Source: a virus
Taxonomy: Duplodnaviria > Caudoviricetes
DNA length: 64,000 nt
Direction: 5' to 3' (one strand)
Virus record (IMG/VR): IMGVR_UViG_3300037067_019009
Coordinates: 148,669-212,668 of that record
Below are positions 1 through 9,272 of the stretch, in pieces. How positions within the stretch are numbered: the first letter of the stretch is position 1; each line of letters opens with the position of its first letter. The notes under the pieces were generated by a model, which made no database searches, was not told the origin of the DNA, and saw nothing but the letters and a program-made list of their open reading frames with translations. The translations under genes and the position numbers were made by a program.

Positions 1-2
1 AC

Positions 3-449
3 GCAGAAGAGGATATAGTAGTAGCTTATACCAATTACCAGTGCTTTGGGGGCACTAACGCAATTATACACCAAAGTGATTTTTCGGTAGAACTTCTAAA
101 AAGAGGATGTATAATTACAAGTTGTAGTTTATTTAGAAGAGCTGCATTGGATCATGCTATCGATGCGGGGTATCGCTATGATTATTGTAGAAATATTGGT
201 GGAGAGGATTGGGACTTCTGGTTAACCTTAGCGGAACTTGGATACACCGCTAAAAGAATACCGGAGGTATTATTTCTTTACAGAAGACATCCGGGGCAGT
301 CTATTAATAGGGTAGACATGAACTGTCTTCCTTACTTAATATTAAGGCATCCACAGCTATATTCAGAGGCAGAGGGTGCTGGAGCTAGGCAGTATATGGC
401 GTATAAGCATCCGGAAGAGCTAGCTAGTAGCAGGCCTTTAATACAGTGA
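3..449 (+). CDS. Glycosyltransferase family 2 (GT-A), 5'-truncated by window edge
   Basis: Frame is open from nt 3 (AEEDIVVAYTNYQCFG...SCSLFRRAAL...GGEDWDFWLTLAELG...LFLYRRH); EDWDFW and YRRH are typical of the GT2 C-terminal half. Confidence 0.85.
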   Translation, partial: AEEDIVVAYTNYQCFGGTNAIIHQSDFSVELLKRGCIITSCSLFRRAALDHAIDAGYRYDYCRNIGGEDWDFWLTLAELGYTAKRIPEVLFLYRRHPGQSINRVDMNCLPYLILRHPQLYSEAEGAGARQYMAYKHPEELASSRPLIQ

Positions 450-1108
450 AAGCATTTGTAAATAACTTCAACCACTTTACATGGACTAAAAGTCTTGTAG
501 AAAATTTATACAGGCTTGGCGCGGAGCCGGTAATTGTGGATAATGCATCTACCTATCCTCCTCTAATAGAGTGGTATGATTCTACCCCCTGTGAGATTAT
601 AAGATTAGAGACCAACACAGGCCACCTGGCTCCATGGAGTAGCGGTTCAGTAAATAGAATAGCTACTGGGTACTACATAGTGACGGACTCAGATCTAGAT
701 ATCTCAGAGGTTCCTAACGATACTGTATCGCATCTTATTGATGGCTACAATAAACATAAGGTAGTGAAGTGTGGGTTAAGTATAAGAATAGACGATCTTC
801 CTGAAACTAAGATGGGGCAGGTGGCAAGAACTTGGGAAGCACATTTTTGGGCAAGGCCTACAGGAGATGGGTTCTTTCATGCAGACATAGATACTACTTT
901 TGCTGTATACCATAAGGATAAAGAACCCACACGGGTGTATCCGGCTTTGCGTGCTAATTCTCCATATACAGCTAGACACATGCCCTGGTATATTACTCCA
1001 CATAATATTACTGAGGAGTTTGAGTATTTTATGGCTACTACAAGTAAGAGTGAGACTTCTTCATGGAATGAATTAGTAGCTACTATTTATGAAGGGAGTA
1101 ACGAATGA
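446..1108 (+). CDS. GT2-like (GT-A fold) glycosyltransferase
   Basis: VIVDNASTYPPL, YIVTDSDLD (DxD), IDTTFAVY, ARHMPWY; GTGA overlap with the upstream gene. Confidence 0.8.
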   Translation: MKAFVNNFNHFTWTKSLVENLYRLGAEPVIVDNASTYPPLIEWYDSTPCEIIRLETNTGHLAPWSSGSVNRIATGYYIVTDSDLDISEVPNDTVSHLIDGYNKHKVVKCGLSIRIDDLPETKMGQVARTWEAHFWARPTGDGFFHADIDTTFAVYHKDKEPTRVYPALRANSPYTARHMPWYITPHNITEEFEYFMATTSKSETSSWNELVATIYEGSNE

Positions 1109-1872
1109 AAACACTCGTAGCTACAACTCTATGGGTGCCGGATAGGGCAGAGTTTAGGTTAAGGTTGGTTACTCGCCACCTAGAGCATTTAGGACTATAT
1201 ACTGGGGATTGGGATTTGCACATTGTTGATAACTGCGGAATCCTTGCAGATGAAGTATCTGCTGTTACACGTGCAGCGGAAGATTGTGGAAGACTAGTAA
1301 CACTGAACTGCAGGTACGACAATCCTGGGTGGTGTACAGCTAGGAATCTTGCGCTTACTAGATTCTGGGAGGGTAATTATGACCAGATTATTTTGATGGA
1401 CTGCGACTCCTGGTGCACCGATCTATCATGGATAGAACTAGCTCAAGGGGCATCTAAGCTGCTCCCGGCGTACACACTTATATTCCCCGGTTCATATATA
1501 CAGGGGACCTGCTATATAGGAGAGTTCAGATTCGAGGTAGTCAGGGATTGGTACGGGAATGTAAACGTTTTAACCAGAGACGCCGTTGCTACGGTTGGTG
1601 GTTATGATGGTGTGACCTATCCTTGGGCGTGGGGTTTTCATGACCTTGATTATGGAGTACGCCTCAAGAAAGCTGGTATGTTGTCTAAAGCAGGTAATCG
1701 ATATTTGTCGCTTTGCGCTGGGTGCTCTGACGAGCACGATGAAGAGTACACACAAAAGCTGGCCACCATCAAAGGAGAGATTAGCCGTAAATCTTTTGTA
1801 TTTTTTGATAGAGTGAGGAAGATAGAGCGTGGAGAAGCTCCGGTGTTCGTTGACTACAGAGTGTTACCGTAA
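1105..1872 (+). CDS. GT2 glycosyltransferase
   Basis: HIVDN, NPGWCTARNLAL, ILMDCD (DxD), VGGYD...WGFHDLDYGVRLKKAG. Confidence 0.85.
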   Translation: MKTLVATTLWVPDRAEFRLRLVTRHLEHLGLYTGDWDLHIVDNCGILADEVSAVTRAAEDCGRLVTLNCRYDNPGWCTARNLALTRFWEGNYDQIILMDCDSWCTDLSWIELAQGASKLLPAYTLIFPGSYIQGTCYIGEFRFEVVRDWYGNVNVLTRDAVATVGGYDGVTYPWAWGFHDLDYGVRLKKAGMLSKAGNRYLSLCAGCSDEHDEEYTQKLATIKGEISRKSFVFFDRVRKIERGEAPVFVDYRVLP

Positions 1873-2546
1873 TGATGCCGGTCATCATAAATAATCGAGA
1901 CCGTTTAGTGTGGCCTAAGGCCATGATAGGCGAGATTCAACGGATGGGTGATGTTCATATTATTATTGTGGATAACGCATCCACCTACCCACCGCTACTG
2001 GAGTGGTACGTTTCTGCTCCGTGTGAGGTGGTCATGCTCAAAGATAATCTAGGTCCTCGAGCGCCTTGGACGTCAGGTGTTATTTCTGGACTGACGAAGG
2101 ATGTTTATATAGTAACGGATCCTGATCTGGACCTCTCTGGCCTGCCCGCCAATACTATAGCCTATTTAGATAATGGTCTTAGCAAGCCGGGAGTATGGAA
2201 AGTGGGATTGTCCCTGAGACTTGATGATCTACCAAATACTTCTATAGCTAACGCGGCTAAGAACTGGGAGCAGAGATTTTGGGGGTGCTACACTGGCGAT
2301 GGTTACTATGTGGCTCCGGTAGATACCACGTTTGCCTTGTATAATCGAAAGACAGTACCGGAGGATATAGGGGGCTTTATAAACGGAGCTCTCAGGGCCG
2401 CACCCCCGTATTCAGCAAGGCACTTGCCCTGGTACCTTACGCCAGATACCGTGACGGAGGAGGAAAAACACTATTTATCCGCGGCCACATGCGGAACCTC
2501 AGGTTCCTTTTGGAACCAGAGTATAAAAAACATTCTTGGTGTTTAA
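1872..2546 (+). CDS. GT2-like glycosyltransferase, paralog of 446..1108
   Basis: IIVDNASTYPPLLEWY, YIVTDPDLD, KVGLSLRLDDLP, VDTTFALY, ARHLPWY shared with 446..1108. Confidence 0.8.
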   Translation: MMPVIINNRDRLVWPKAMIGEIQRMGDVHIIIVDNASTYPPLLEWYVSAPCEVVMLKDNLGPRAPWTSGVISGLTKDVYIVTDPDLDLSGLPANTIAYLDNGLSKPGVWKVGLSLRLDDLPNTSIANAAKNWEQRFWGCYTGDGYYVAPVDTTFALYNRKTVPEDIGGFINGALRAAPPYSARHLPWYLTPDTVTEEEKHYLSAATCGTSGSFWNQSIKNILGV

Positions 2547-2557
2547 TAATTTTGGAT

Positions 2558-3202
2558 ATGGGTGATGAAAGCCCAAGGATTTTCTTGGCTATTTATACGT
2601 TTGATAAGAAGTCTTATTGTGATGAGGAGTTTTTCGGAAAAATAAAAGCTCTGACTTACACGAATAAAGAAATTCATGTGGTGGATAACTCCACTACTGG
2701 TGGGTATACCACACGATTAGCTGAACTACTCGATGGTACAGATTCAGAGATTTCGCATTTGGATATTGTCGTGCCACCAGGTTGTAGTAAGACACATGAG
2801 CATATAACCCAGTCTGCTAATCTTCTACGTGATAAGTTTTTGGGTGGCGGGTGTGACTATTTCTTTACTGTAGAATCTGATGTATTTCTTCCGAGTAATG
2901 CTATAGAGGCTCTTTTAGAAAAAGTGGGCTCTTATGATATATTTGGTGGGCTCTACTACGAGGGCCGGTACCCTAAGGAGTGGTATGAAGAGGAGCATTC
3001 GGAAATAGAGGAAATGTCCCATGTACTTTCTGGATGTACGCTATATAGTAGGAGATCGATTGAGCAGGTGGCTTTTAGGTACGACCCCACGTTTTTAGTT
3101 GGCTACCCTGATGCCTTCATTAGCCATGATATATTTGGTTTGGGGTATAAATGCGCTATGTACACTGGAGTTAAGTGTGAGCATAAGCGCGGGGGGTGGT
3201 AG
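2558..3202 (+). CDS. GT2-like glycosyltransferase
   Basis: IHVVDNS, YFFTVESDVFLPSNAIEALL, GCTLYSR, YPDAF...CEH; start moved from 2489 to ATG 2558 to avoid overlapping the previous gene. Confidence 0.75.
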   Translation: MGDESPRIFLAIYTFDKKSYCDEEFFGKIKALTYTNKEIHVVDNSTTGGYTTRLAELLDGTDSEISHLDIVVPPGCSKTHEHITQSANLLRDKFLGGGCDYFFTVESDVFLPSNAIEALLEKVGSYDIFGGLYYEGRYPKEWYEEEHSEIEEMSHVLSGCTLYSRRSIEQVAFRYDPTFLVGYPDAFISHDIFGLGYKCAMYTGVKCEHKRGGW

Positions 3203-3314
3203 CTTACAACCAATTAACGAAAATATCCCTAAAATACCACAGTCTGTTAGCTCAATCCGTGGCAAAAAAAGACCACTTTATATATGACACTTTTAGGATA
3301 GTGTATTAAAAACC

Positions 3315-4112
3315 TTGGGTAAAACTAATAAAACAAACCCCGAGCGCCTCCCAGCTCTATATATCGACTTCTCCAAACCGGTTGAAGATAACATAGTTTA
3401 CCCCCTTTCCCCAGCCACCAAGTCCAACTCTATTCAGTTAATGGCTAGAAGCGCAGGTAAGAAGGCTGACGGATGGGAGACTGCTTCCATAAAACTTGTA
3501 GATGCTCAGCATGGTCTATATAGTGACATCCCTATGCTGTGCATGGGAAAAGCAGTTTCCGGCGGATGTGAGTATTCGAAGTTTTGTCCTTATTCGGAAG
3601 AAGAAGTTAATGAACGGTTTATAGGCATTAACTGCCCGGTTGAAGTAGTTGAAGCGTTTAAACTGTTCGCAGGTTACATAGTAGATCTTGATATAAAACC
3701 TTCTGACTTTACCGATATCCAGACTGTAGTAGATATAGTCAGGCTGCATCTACAAATACGCAGGTGTGACCTCTATATGAAAAGTAGGCCCATCTGGCAG
3801 GAGAACGTGGCTGGAGTTGTGCAGAGTTCGGGTAAGGCTAAATATAACAAAGTAGTAGGGGTAGGGCACACTATGTCTAGGGAGCTTCGTGGCGACCTAG
3901 ATAGAAAATATCAGCAGCTTGTAGCCACAAGAGAAAGTAAAGTCAAAGCCGAGGTTGCCACTGGCAACGCCCAGAAAGATATGGCGACGGTCATGGCAAA
4001 TATATATGCGGCGGCGGCTAAGGTTAATAAAAACAAAGAAGATAAAGTAAAGAAATTGAAAGACACATCTACTGTAGACGCTGAGTTCGAAGTCTCTAGT
4101 GATGAAGATTGA
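3315..4112 (+). CDS. Cys-rich protein, candidate small terminase subunit
   Basis: HGLYS motif followed by four Cys (LCMG...CEYSKFCP...NCPVE), helical C-terminus, position upstream of TerL; function inferred. Confidence 0.4.
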   Translation: MGKTNKTNPERLPALYIDFSKPVEDNIVYPLSPATKSNSIQLMARSAGKKADGWETASIKLVDAQHGLYSDIPMLCMGKAVSGGCEYSKFCPYSEEEVNERFIGINCPVEVVEAFKLFAGYIVDLDIKPSDFTDIQTVVDIVRLHLQIRRCDLYMKSRPIWQENVAGVVQSSGKAKYNKVVGVGHTMSRELRGDLDRKYQQLVATRESKVKAEVATGNAQKDMATVMANIYAAAAKVNKNKEDKVKKLKDTSTVDAEFEVSSDED

Positions 4113-4131
4113 AGGTAGGAGCTGAATAGTA

Positions 4132-4536
4132 ATGGCTGGTAAGCTTGATTTTATGCGGGGCGTGTTTGGTGACCTATATAAGGCGGGACGAAAAACAGCT
4201 GCTGAGCAGGCAGTGGCTGCAGCAGATGCGAGTACTTTTGTTAAGTCTGGTATGAATGCGGTAGAAAGGGAGGCAGCACGCCGAGCCTTTTTAGCCTATA
4301 GGTATAAAAATTATGCGAAGGGTATAGGTTTGCACGCGGCGGTGGGTGCTGCTGTTGGTGGAGGCTACGCGTCTTATAGAGGGGATAATGTGTTTGGTGG
4401 AGCATGGCGCGGAGCTAAGTATGGAGCATTAGCTGGTTTAGGGGGAAGCGCTGTACGTAATATAAAAAATCTTAAACCTGTGGGTAGATTTGCACTTTCT
4501 GCATATAGAGAAATGCGTGGGCCAGGAATACACTAG
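4132..4536 (+). CDS. Small basic Gly-zipper membrane-type protein (putative internal virion protein)
   Basis: RBS AGGAG; GLHAAVGAAVGGGY and GAKYGALAGLGGSAV glycine zippers. Confidence 0.55.
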   Translation: MAGKLDFMRGVFGDLYKAGRKTAAEQAVAAADASTFVKSGMNAVEREAARRAFLAYRYKNYAKGIGLHAAVGAAVGGGYASYRGDNVFGGAWRGAKYGALAGLGGSAVRNIKNLKPVGRFALSAYREMRGPGIH

Positions 4537-4587
4537 ATGCTGCCATTACACGCTATGTAATCCTCAATTAGTGGGCTACTTTTAGCA

Positions 4588-5076
4588 ATGGGATTATCCA
4601 CAAGATTAGCAGAACAACTATCAAAAGCCGCGGAGGGCATGCTCGTAGCTGGAGTGAAGGCGGGAGAAGGCCTTCATGGCGTTTCAGGCAGGGCGATGCG
4701 AGGTATTGGTAAACAGGTATCTAAAGGCCTGTTTAATACTTATAGGGCAGAAATAGACCTATATAAGAAAGCGGGATCGTTCCTGATGTCTGGCGGTAGG
4801 GGGGCGGGTAGGATGTTAGCACGCGGGCCAAACGGCACTACTCTACCTTGGATAGTTGGAGGAGAAGTAAACCCAGTTATACAAAAGAGGCTTATACCAG
4901 CTGGATTAGCGGCAGGTGTGGGCTTGGGGACTTATTCTTCCATGCAGGCTCAAGCATCAGCTCCAGATAGTCCAGGAAACATAGCCGTTAATGGCAACCT
5001 CGAGATAAGCACTCCCGGCATGCTTGACGCCACGGGCTCCATGGTATTTTCTATGCATAAGAGAGGCAGAGGCTAA
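4588..5076 (+). CDS. Small basic Gly/Ala-rich protein (putative internal virion protein)
   Basis: LIPAGLAAGVGLGTY hydrophobic segment; TAATG coupling to the next gene. Confidence 0.55.
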   Translation: MGLSTRLAEQLSKAAEGMLVAGVKAGEGLHGVSGRAMRGIGKQVSKGLFNTYRAEIDLYKKAGSFLMSGGRGAGRMLARGPNGTTLPWIVGGEVNPVIQKRLIPAGLAAGVGLGTYSSMQAQASAPDSPGNIAVNGNLEISTPGMLDATGSMVFSMHKRGRG

Positions 5077-5483
5077 TGGGAGCGATATCCTCAGTACTTA
5101 AAGCTGCGAGCTCTAAATACGGCATCGTTGCGGTGACTGCTTATTCCGGGGCAAGCGAGCTGAAAAATCGTGAGCCGGGTAAAAGCGCCGTAGGCATAGT
5201 AGCCAAAACAGCCGCTGAAATGGCCATGTGGTACGCTATCCCCGTGGTGGGTCAGGTGGTGCTGGGCGCGGAGCTTTTGTACTCAGTGGCCTCCTTAGCC
5301 AACCAGATTCACGCTAAAAATTCATCTTATATTCGTACTGCACGCCAATCCTTTTCTCATTCATTCACTCATACTGATGCTACCTACCAGGCCCAGCAGC
5401 GTGGTATTGCTATGATAGGCAAACACAATGGGCTGCTAGGCTCCGAGGCTGGTATGATGGCCAGCCTTTACTCTCGCCGCTGA
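5076..5483 (+). CDS. Small Ala-rich hydrophobic protein (putative internal virion protein)
   Basis: AMWYAIPVVGQVVLGAELLYSVASL hydrophobic segment. Confidence 0.55.
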   Translation: MGAISSVLKAASSKYGIVAVTAYSGASELKNREPGKSAVGIVAKTAAEMAMWYAIPVVGQVVLGAELLYSVASLANQIHAKNSSYIRTARQSFSHSFTHTDATYQAQQRGIAMIGKHNGLLGSEAGMMASLYSRR

Positions 5484-5557
5484 GTATAGACTCAGCTGTT
5501 TCCTCCCCTCCTCCCTAAAAGGGCGGCATTGTTCTCTCCTCGAGTTCGGTGCCGCCC
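5479..5557. other. Tandem hairpins with C/U-rich single-stranded segments upstream of terL
   Basis: GCTGAGT/ACTCAGC (5479-5496), linker TTTCCTCCCCTCCTCCC, stem GGGCGGCATTG/CGGTGCCGCCC (5521-5557). Confidence 0.5.
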
Positions 5558-5579
5558 CCACGTATAGAGATAGTACATA

Positions 5580-7250
5580 ATGAAGGATTTCGCAAACTTA
5601 CCAGATTCCGAACTAGTAGCTCTCGCTGAGTTCATGGATAACCCCCAGCTCTGGATAGAGGCATGTCTTAGAAATCCACTGACGAACGAGCCTCTGAGAT
5701 TCAACTATGTACAGAGAAAGTTTTTTTCTACAAAACGAAAAAACAAGGTACTCAGGATACATAGGAGAGCTGGTAAAAGTTGGCTGTTGGCCTCTTATGC
5801 TATATGGTATGCGTTTACTCATGCTAGCAGACAGGTGATGATAATTTGCCCGGACTCTAGTAAAGTGGAAACTATCTTCAATGCCATAGATGATTTCATC
5901 AGGGTCTCCCCTGGAATAGCTCAGTCCGTACATGAGCGGCAGAAGACTCCCGCAAGAAGGAAGTTTACTAATGGTTCGCTTATAGCAGGATTCACTACTG
6001 GGGCCAGATCTAACTCTAAGGGTGAGTCTGTAAGAAGTAAGTCGGCTGATGTGGTGATAATAGATGAAGCCGCTTATCTCAGGGAAGAGGATTGGGCGGC
6101 CATACTACCCATTATGACGGGTGATTCGGAGCGAGTAGGGAAAGTAATCTGTTTGATAAGTTCTACTCCGACGTCTGAGCGTGGGCACTACTATATGTAT
6201 TGCACCAAAGACTTTTCTGATATTAAGGAGTCTCAGCGTTGGGATCAGATACACGTATCTGTTTTTGATAATCCTGATTTTGATGAAGATGCTCGGGCAA
6301 CGATAAGGGCCATGCACACTGAAGAGGAGCTTCGTCAGGAGTGGGAAGCCGAATTCCCTGACGTTGGAGAAGGAGTATTCAAGCGCAGTTATATTGATCG
6401 GGCGGGTAGGGCGTTTTACTATTACGATGCCGATAAACAGGAAACTATACCTAAGACTGCCATAAGGACTATGGGAGTAGATTGGGATAAGGTGCAGGCT
6501 GGACCTAATATAGTAGTACTGGAATTGGATCCCAAAGCCGAGTTTTATAGAGTTTGTTACCGAGAAGAAATCCCTAGGACCGAGTATTCTCTTACCATTG
6601 CGGTAGAGAGGATAATCGAGTTAAACACAATATTCAATCCCTCGTATATCTACGTGGATAGAGGGTATGCTGAACAGGCTGTAGAAACATTGCACCTGCA
6701 CGGGGCTAAGCACCCGGATACCGGACTCGCTAAAAAAGTGCGTGGGGTGTCGTTTTCTGAAAACGTGGAGGTTATGGATCCATTTACCGGTGAGGCCGTG
6801 AAGAAAAGGATAAAGCCCTACATGGTCAATATTCTGGTAAAGTGGTTCGAAGACAATAGCATTGTTTATCCGGCCTCTGATAAGCAGTTCATCACACAAC
6901 TAGAAGAGTTCAAAGTAGTGCGCACAACCGATAATCATATTACTTACTCTTCAGTTAATGAACACATAATAGATGCTTGTATGTTAGCTGCTTATGCGAT
7001 GCATGAAAACTACACTGACCCATTTAGATTTACTCCCGCGGAAGACTCCTATCTAATGCCGATACCCGATGTGGTTCCACCTGCCGTGGGAGAGGCGCAG
7101 GGGAGAGCCATATTCGGGCCCATAATGGATCGGGCTTACCGGGCAGAAAGTTTTACTACGAGAAAGCTTCCTATCGGGTATGGTAGGGGGTTTACCAGAG
7201 ATGCGGATGCTCAGCACGGCACGGACCTTCCAACAAGAAGTAGTTTCTAG
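5580..7250 (+). CDS. terL: Terminase large subunit
   Basis: Walker A HRRAGKS, Walker B VIIDEAAY, motif III SSTP, RNase H-like nuclease motifs MGVDWD / YVDRG / EHIIDA. Confidence 0.95.
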   Translation: MKDFANLPDSELVALAEFMDNPQLWIEACLRNPLTNEPLRFNYVQRKFFSTKRKNKVLRIHRRAGKSWLLASYAIWYAFTHASRQVMIICPDSSKVETIFNAIDDFIRVSPGIAQSVHERQKTPARRKFTNGSLIAGFTTGARSNSKGESVRSKSADVVIIDEAAYLREEDWAAILPIMTGDSERVGKVICLISSTPTSERGHYYMYCTKDFSDIKESQRWDQIHVSVFDNPDFDEDARATIRAMHTEEELRQEWEAEFPDVGEGVFKRSYIDRAGRAFYYYDADKQETIPKTAIRTMGVDWDKVQAGPNIVVLELDPKAEFYRVCYREEIPRTEYSLTIAVERIIELNTIFNPSYIYVDRGYAEQAVETLHLHGAKHPDTGLAKKVRGVSFSENVEVMDPFTGEAVKKRIKPYMVNILVKWFEDNSIVYPASDKQFITQLEEFKVVRTTDNHITYSSVNEHIIDACMLAAYAMHENYTDPFRFTPAEDSYLMPIPDVVPPAVGEAQGRAIFGPIMDRAYRAESFTTRKLPIGYGRGFTRDADAQHGTDLPTRSSF

Positions 7251-7252
7251 GT

Positions 7253-7304
7253 GTAGCTGGCCGGGGGAAGTTCCCCCATCCTCCCCACTTCTTCCGGCCA
7301 CTAC
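7253..7304. other. Long hairpin with C-rich loop downstream of terL
   Basis: 14-bp stem TGGCCGGGGGAAGT/ACTTCTTCCGGCCA, loop TCCCCCATCCTCCCC; no U-tract. Confidence 0.55.
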
Positions 7305-7312
7305 TAATACTT

Positions 7313-8722
7313 ATGGACATTACAGAGTTTTTAAAAAAACCCTCACTTGCTTATAATCCACGGACCTCCACTCTTGAGTCGCCGACCATGACGCTCACCG
7401 AGCTGGCTATAAAGGAAGGCACGGTGACCACCGTTCCCGAGGCCAGAGTAGCTATACGCGATAGTATAATCAAAGATACCGCCCGCCTTACGAATACTCG
7501 AGACGCAATCTTTGCCACTATTGAGGACGAGAGTGTGGTCCTGCAAACAGAGGTGGCTTCGGTAGCAGGGAAGTCCTATGTGACTAGAGGCGATTATATT
7601 AGCGGGTTGCTGAGTCAGGATCCAGGTGCAGTAATGGCTCGTGAGGCGTATGAGACTTATCATTCCAGTTATTATAACCAGGGGCATCCTGGCAATCTAA
7701 TCACTGGAATAATAGAGCGGTTTAAGTGCGATCTCGCGGGAAGTCTTGATATCCTCGGAAGTGAACTTCTTTCTGATGATTATTTGACGGCGTTAGGCAG
7801 CGCTGGAATGTTTACCGGCAACCCGGAGGCGGTCAAGGTCCTAGCTATTATAGATAGCGATGCCAGAGAGGCTTATGAGCTCAGGCTTGAGATCCTTCGT
7901 TGTGGGCGTGCTACTCAGGAAGCCATGCGGGCTAATTGGATTCTGCTTTTAGGACTGAACGCGGAGTTTGTTTTCTCTACTCGTAGAGAATTGGAAGACC
8001 TTTTGGACATGCTTCGTAAGATGAGAAGCGTCCTTAAACTTTGTTACGCTATTCATGGTACGGAGTTTCAAAGCCTCCTGGAGTATACAAGAAACTACGC
8101 TACAAACCAGGCCATGGATTTAGCTCTTTATGAGGTATACGAGGCTGCGTCCAGAGCTAGGAACGAGCTTATATTTCCGGTTGTTAACTGGATAGTAGTT
8201 CATGGGAACAGTCCCGTGTACTTACCGGCTGAGCAGAGATCGTTACTAGATTTGATAGCAAACACGGTTTCAGATTTGGCCGGTAGGTCTATCGATAGTC
8301 TTGTTGATCTCAGGATTCGCAAGCAACAAAGGACTTCTCTGCACGTAGCCAGTGTTGGTAAAGTGAAGTCTATGCTCTATATGCGTGGCTTGATAATGAA
8401 ACTGGATGTTTTAATATCTATGCTTCCTCAAGTCATAAGCGGAGTATTAGATCCGGAATGGGCGCACACATGTTTATCAGGCGGCGGTGATGTACCAGCC
8501 ACCGACGGGTGGGATGAGCGTGTTTCTCAAGAAGAGAAAGAAGAAGTCGGGTTTGACCCCCTAGTGGTAGGAGAGGTCACTAATGTTCCACAAGACCTTT
8601 ATCCTGTGGTGTTTGCCGATCAGTTTTCGTCAGACTCCTCGGCAATGGGGTCAGGGTCCGATGGAAGTGGTTTTGTGCAAGCTTGGATAAAGGCTCAATC
8701 AGAGCTTTCAAATCGGGGGTAA
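7313..8722 (+). CDS. Hypothetical helical protein (probable virion protein)
   Basis: 469-aa ORF between terL and portal; no motif recognised. Confidence 0.6.
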   Translation: MDITEFLKKPSLAYNPRTSTLESPTMTLTELAIKEGTVTTVPEARVAIRDSIIKDTARLTNTRDAIFATIEDESVVLQTEVASVAGKSYVTRGDYISGLLSQDPGAVMAREAYETYHSSYYNQGHPGNLITGIIERFKCDLAGSLDILGSELLSDDYLTALGSAGMFTGNPEAVKVLAIIDSDAREAYELRLEILRCGRATQEAMRANWILLLGLNAEFVFSTRRELEDLLDMLRKMRSVLKLCYAIHGTEFQSLLEYTRNYATNQAMDLALYEVYEAASRARNELIFPVVNWIVVHGNSPVYLPAEQRSLLDLIANTVSDLAGRSIDSLVDLRIRKQQRTSLHVASVGKVKSMLYMRGLIMKLDVLISMLPQVISGVLDPEWAHTCLSGGGDVPATDGWDERVSQEEKEEVGFDPLVVGEVTNVPQDLYPVVFADQFSSDSSAMGSGSDGSGFVQAWIKAQSELSNRG

Positions 8723-8734
8723 GTCAGCGGGAGG

Positions 8735-9265
8735 ATGTGTTGGATGCTGAGAGATTTATTTACATGGAAATCCACTATACGTAAACTTAGGGATGAGTTA
8801 CAAAAGGTGGTTCTAGTCAGTGAAGCGGCCATTATAGATAGAGATAATTTAGCCCAGGAAGCAAAAGAACTAAAAGATTCCGCTGTGTATGCTACGTCCG
8901 AAATGGATCGGGTGAGCCATGTTAAGGCTTGTTTACAGGACAAGGAATGCTTGGTGGGCGGAAGGCCTTTCATAGAAGCTGGTTTGTATAACTGGCTGAA
9001 TATAAATAACCCGATATACCTGGATTTTCTTTTCCCCGATGTTCCACTGGCTATTTTAGTTAAGCCTAATATGGATGTATGTCCAGGTGCGTATAAGCAT
9101 ACCGATGTTAGAGTAGGGAACAGGATTTCGCAGGAAGCCGCGTATGTAACTGTAGTGTGCCATAGAGCGGGAGTTCCTCTTATGGTGGTAGAGCCAGAAG
9201 ACAAAACTGACGTGTACACTATTGCTCTTAAAGTAAGAAAAGCCTTAGAGTCGTGGAAGGAGTAG
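8735..9265 (+). CDS. Coiled-coil plus degenerate Vsr/DUF559-like nuclease fold
   Basis: RBS GGGAGG; YLDFLFPDVPLAILV resembles xLDFYxPxxxLAIEV but lacks the catalytic Glu. Confidence 0.4.
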   Translation: MCWMLRDLFTWKSTIRKLRDELQKVVLVSEAAIIDRDNLAQEAKELKDSAVYATSEMDRVSHVKACLQDKECLVGGRPFIEAGLYNWLNINNPIYLDFLFPDVPLAILVKPNMDVCPGAYKHTDVRVGNRISQEAAYVTVVCHRAGVPLMVVEPEDKTDVYTIALKVRKALESWKE

Positions 9266-9272
9266 TAGACAA

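Noticed and set aside
5580-7250. Intein or intron in terL (also checked portal and MCP)
   Set aside because: The proteins are of normal length with contiguous motifs; no intein termini or LAGLIDADG motifs
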